This document shows, one piece after another, positions 63,410-64,000 of a DNA stretch of 64,000 bases. A program made the position numbers and the translations under genes. Source of the DNA: Vicugna vicugna (Eukaryota). The stretch is from assembly GCA_013265495.1 (NCBI GenBank), contig MU063884.1:222024-286023 (forward strand), in the 5' to 3' direction. Numbering within the stretch: the first letter of the stretch is position 1; each line of letters begins with the position of its first letter. The notes beneath the pieces are model-generated. The model was not told where the DNA came from, made no database searches, and worked only from the letters and a program-made list of their open reading frames with translations.

Positions 63410-63480
63410 TGTATGAGCTTCTTAAGGCTCCCATAACAAAGTACCACACACTGAGGGGTTCAAACAGTGGAATTTTGCAT
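63410..63480 (-). mobile_element. MLT1-type LTR end fragment
   Basis: 'tgtatgagcttcttaaggctcccataacaaagtaccacacactgaggggttcaaac'. Confidence 0.4.
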
Positions 63481-64000
63481 ATTTTACACTTGCTTTCACA
63501 AAATTACATATCAAAGTGTCTTTCAGTATTGTAATGCGTATCTGTAAACCTTTACTTTTAACTCTTTGAATGCACAGGATCAGTTAACTTCAGTTTTTAG
63601 AGGATTTTTAAATACATTTGATCAAGTCTAAGCTACCATGATTTGTAAGATATATTATGTATGTATCCCTCCTCAGAGTCACCACTGCCAAATATTACTG
63701 TGAAAGTTACCGCATTTCAGAAAAAATAACGTAAAAAATTGTACCTTAGAACTGTTGAATCTAAGTACATAAATAAATCATCTACTTACTTAAAATGTTC
63801 ATGTTGATGATGATTAAAAAAATAAACATTATAGAGATGTAATTAGTTTTCTAGTTACCTGCAATTAAGACTCAAACTTGAATTTCCTCAACCATAGGTC
63901 AGTGTTATTTCCACCCATCATATTGCATGAAATTGTATGTAATCTACAGTTACAAGAGAAGATAATTATTTTCTTACTTCCTCCAATAAATCGTTGTATT

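Noticed and set aside
1-64000. CRISPR array, operon, prophage or other prokaryote-type system
   Set aside because: There are no regularly spaced repeat-spacer units or gene-dense coding blocks. Mammalian SINE/LINE/LTR content shows this is eutherian non-coding DNA.

Overview
This is AT-rich eutherian non-coding DNA, either a long intron or intergenic sequence. Three tRNA-Ala-derived SINEs matching the camelid vic-1 family indicate a camel/alpaca/llama genome. I cannot support any protein-coding gene, true tRNA/rRNA gene or CRISPR-like array. The listed ORFs are short and either unrecognisable or explained by repeats, low-complexity tracts or a 208-N assembly gap. Recognisable content is layered transposon fossils: MIR, L2 (one with a still-readable RT segment), an L1/HAL1-type ORF1 relic, L1ME-type 3' ends, MaLR MLT1 LTRs, a MER58A MITE, and younger cetartiodactyl/camelid L1 3' ends with target-site duplications (TSDs). 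The best-supported oddities are retrotransposition signatures: two 5'-inverted (twin-primed) L1 insertions, a double L1 3' end inside one TSD pair, and a recurrent truncation point. There are also a few candidate regulatory elements: a CTCF site, a G4/GC-box/CCAAT promoter-like patch with a possible downstream exon, a CpG-retaining OCT+ERR/NR5A element, and a perfect 27-bp palindrome. I found no evidence for a novel multi-gene system. Repeat family names come from recalled consensus sequences, not a search, and old-repeat boundaries are approximate.
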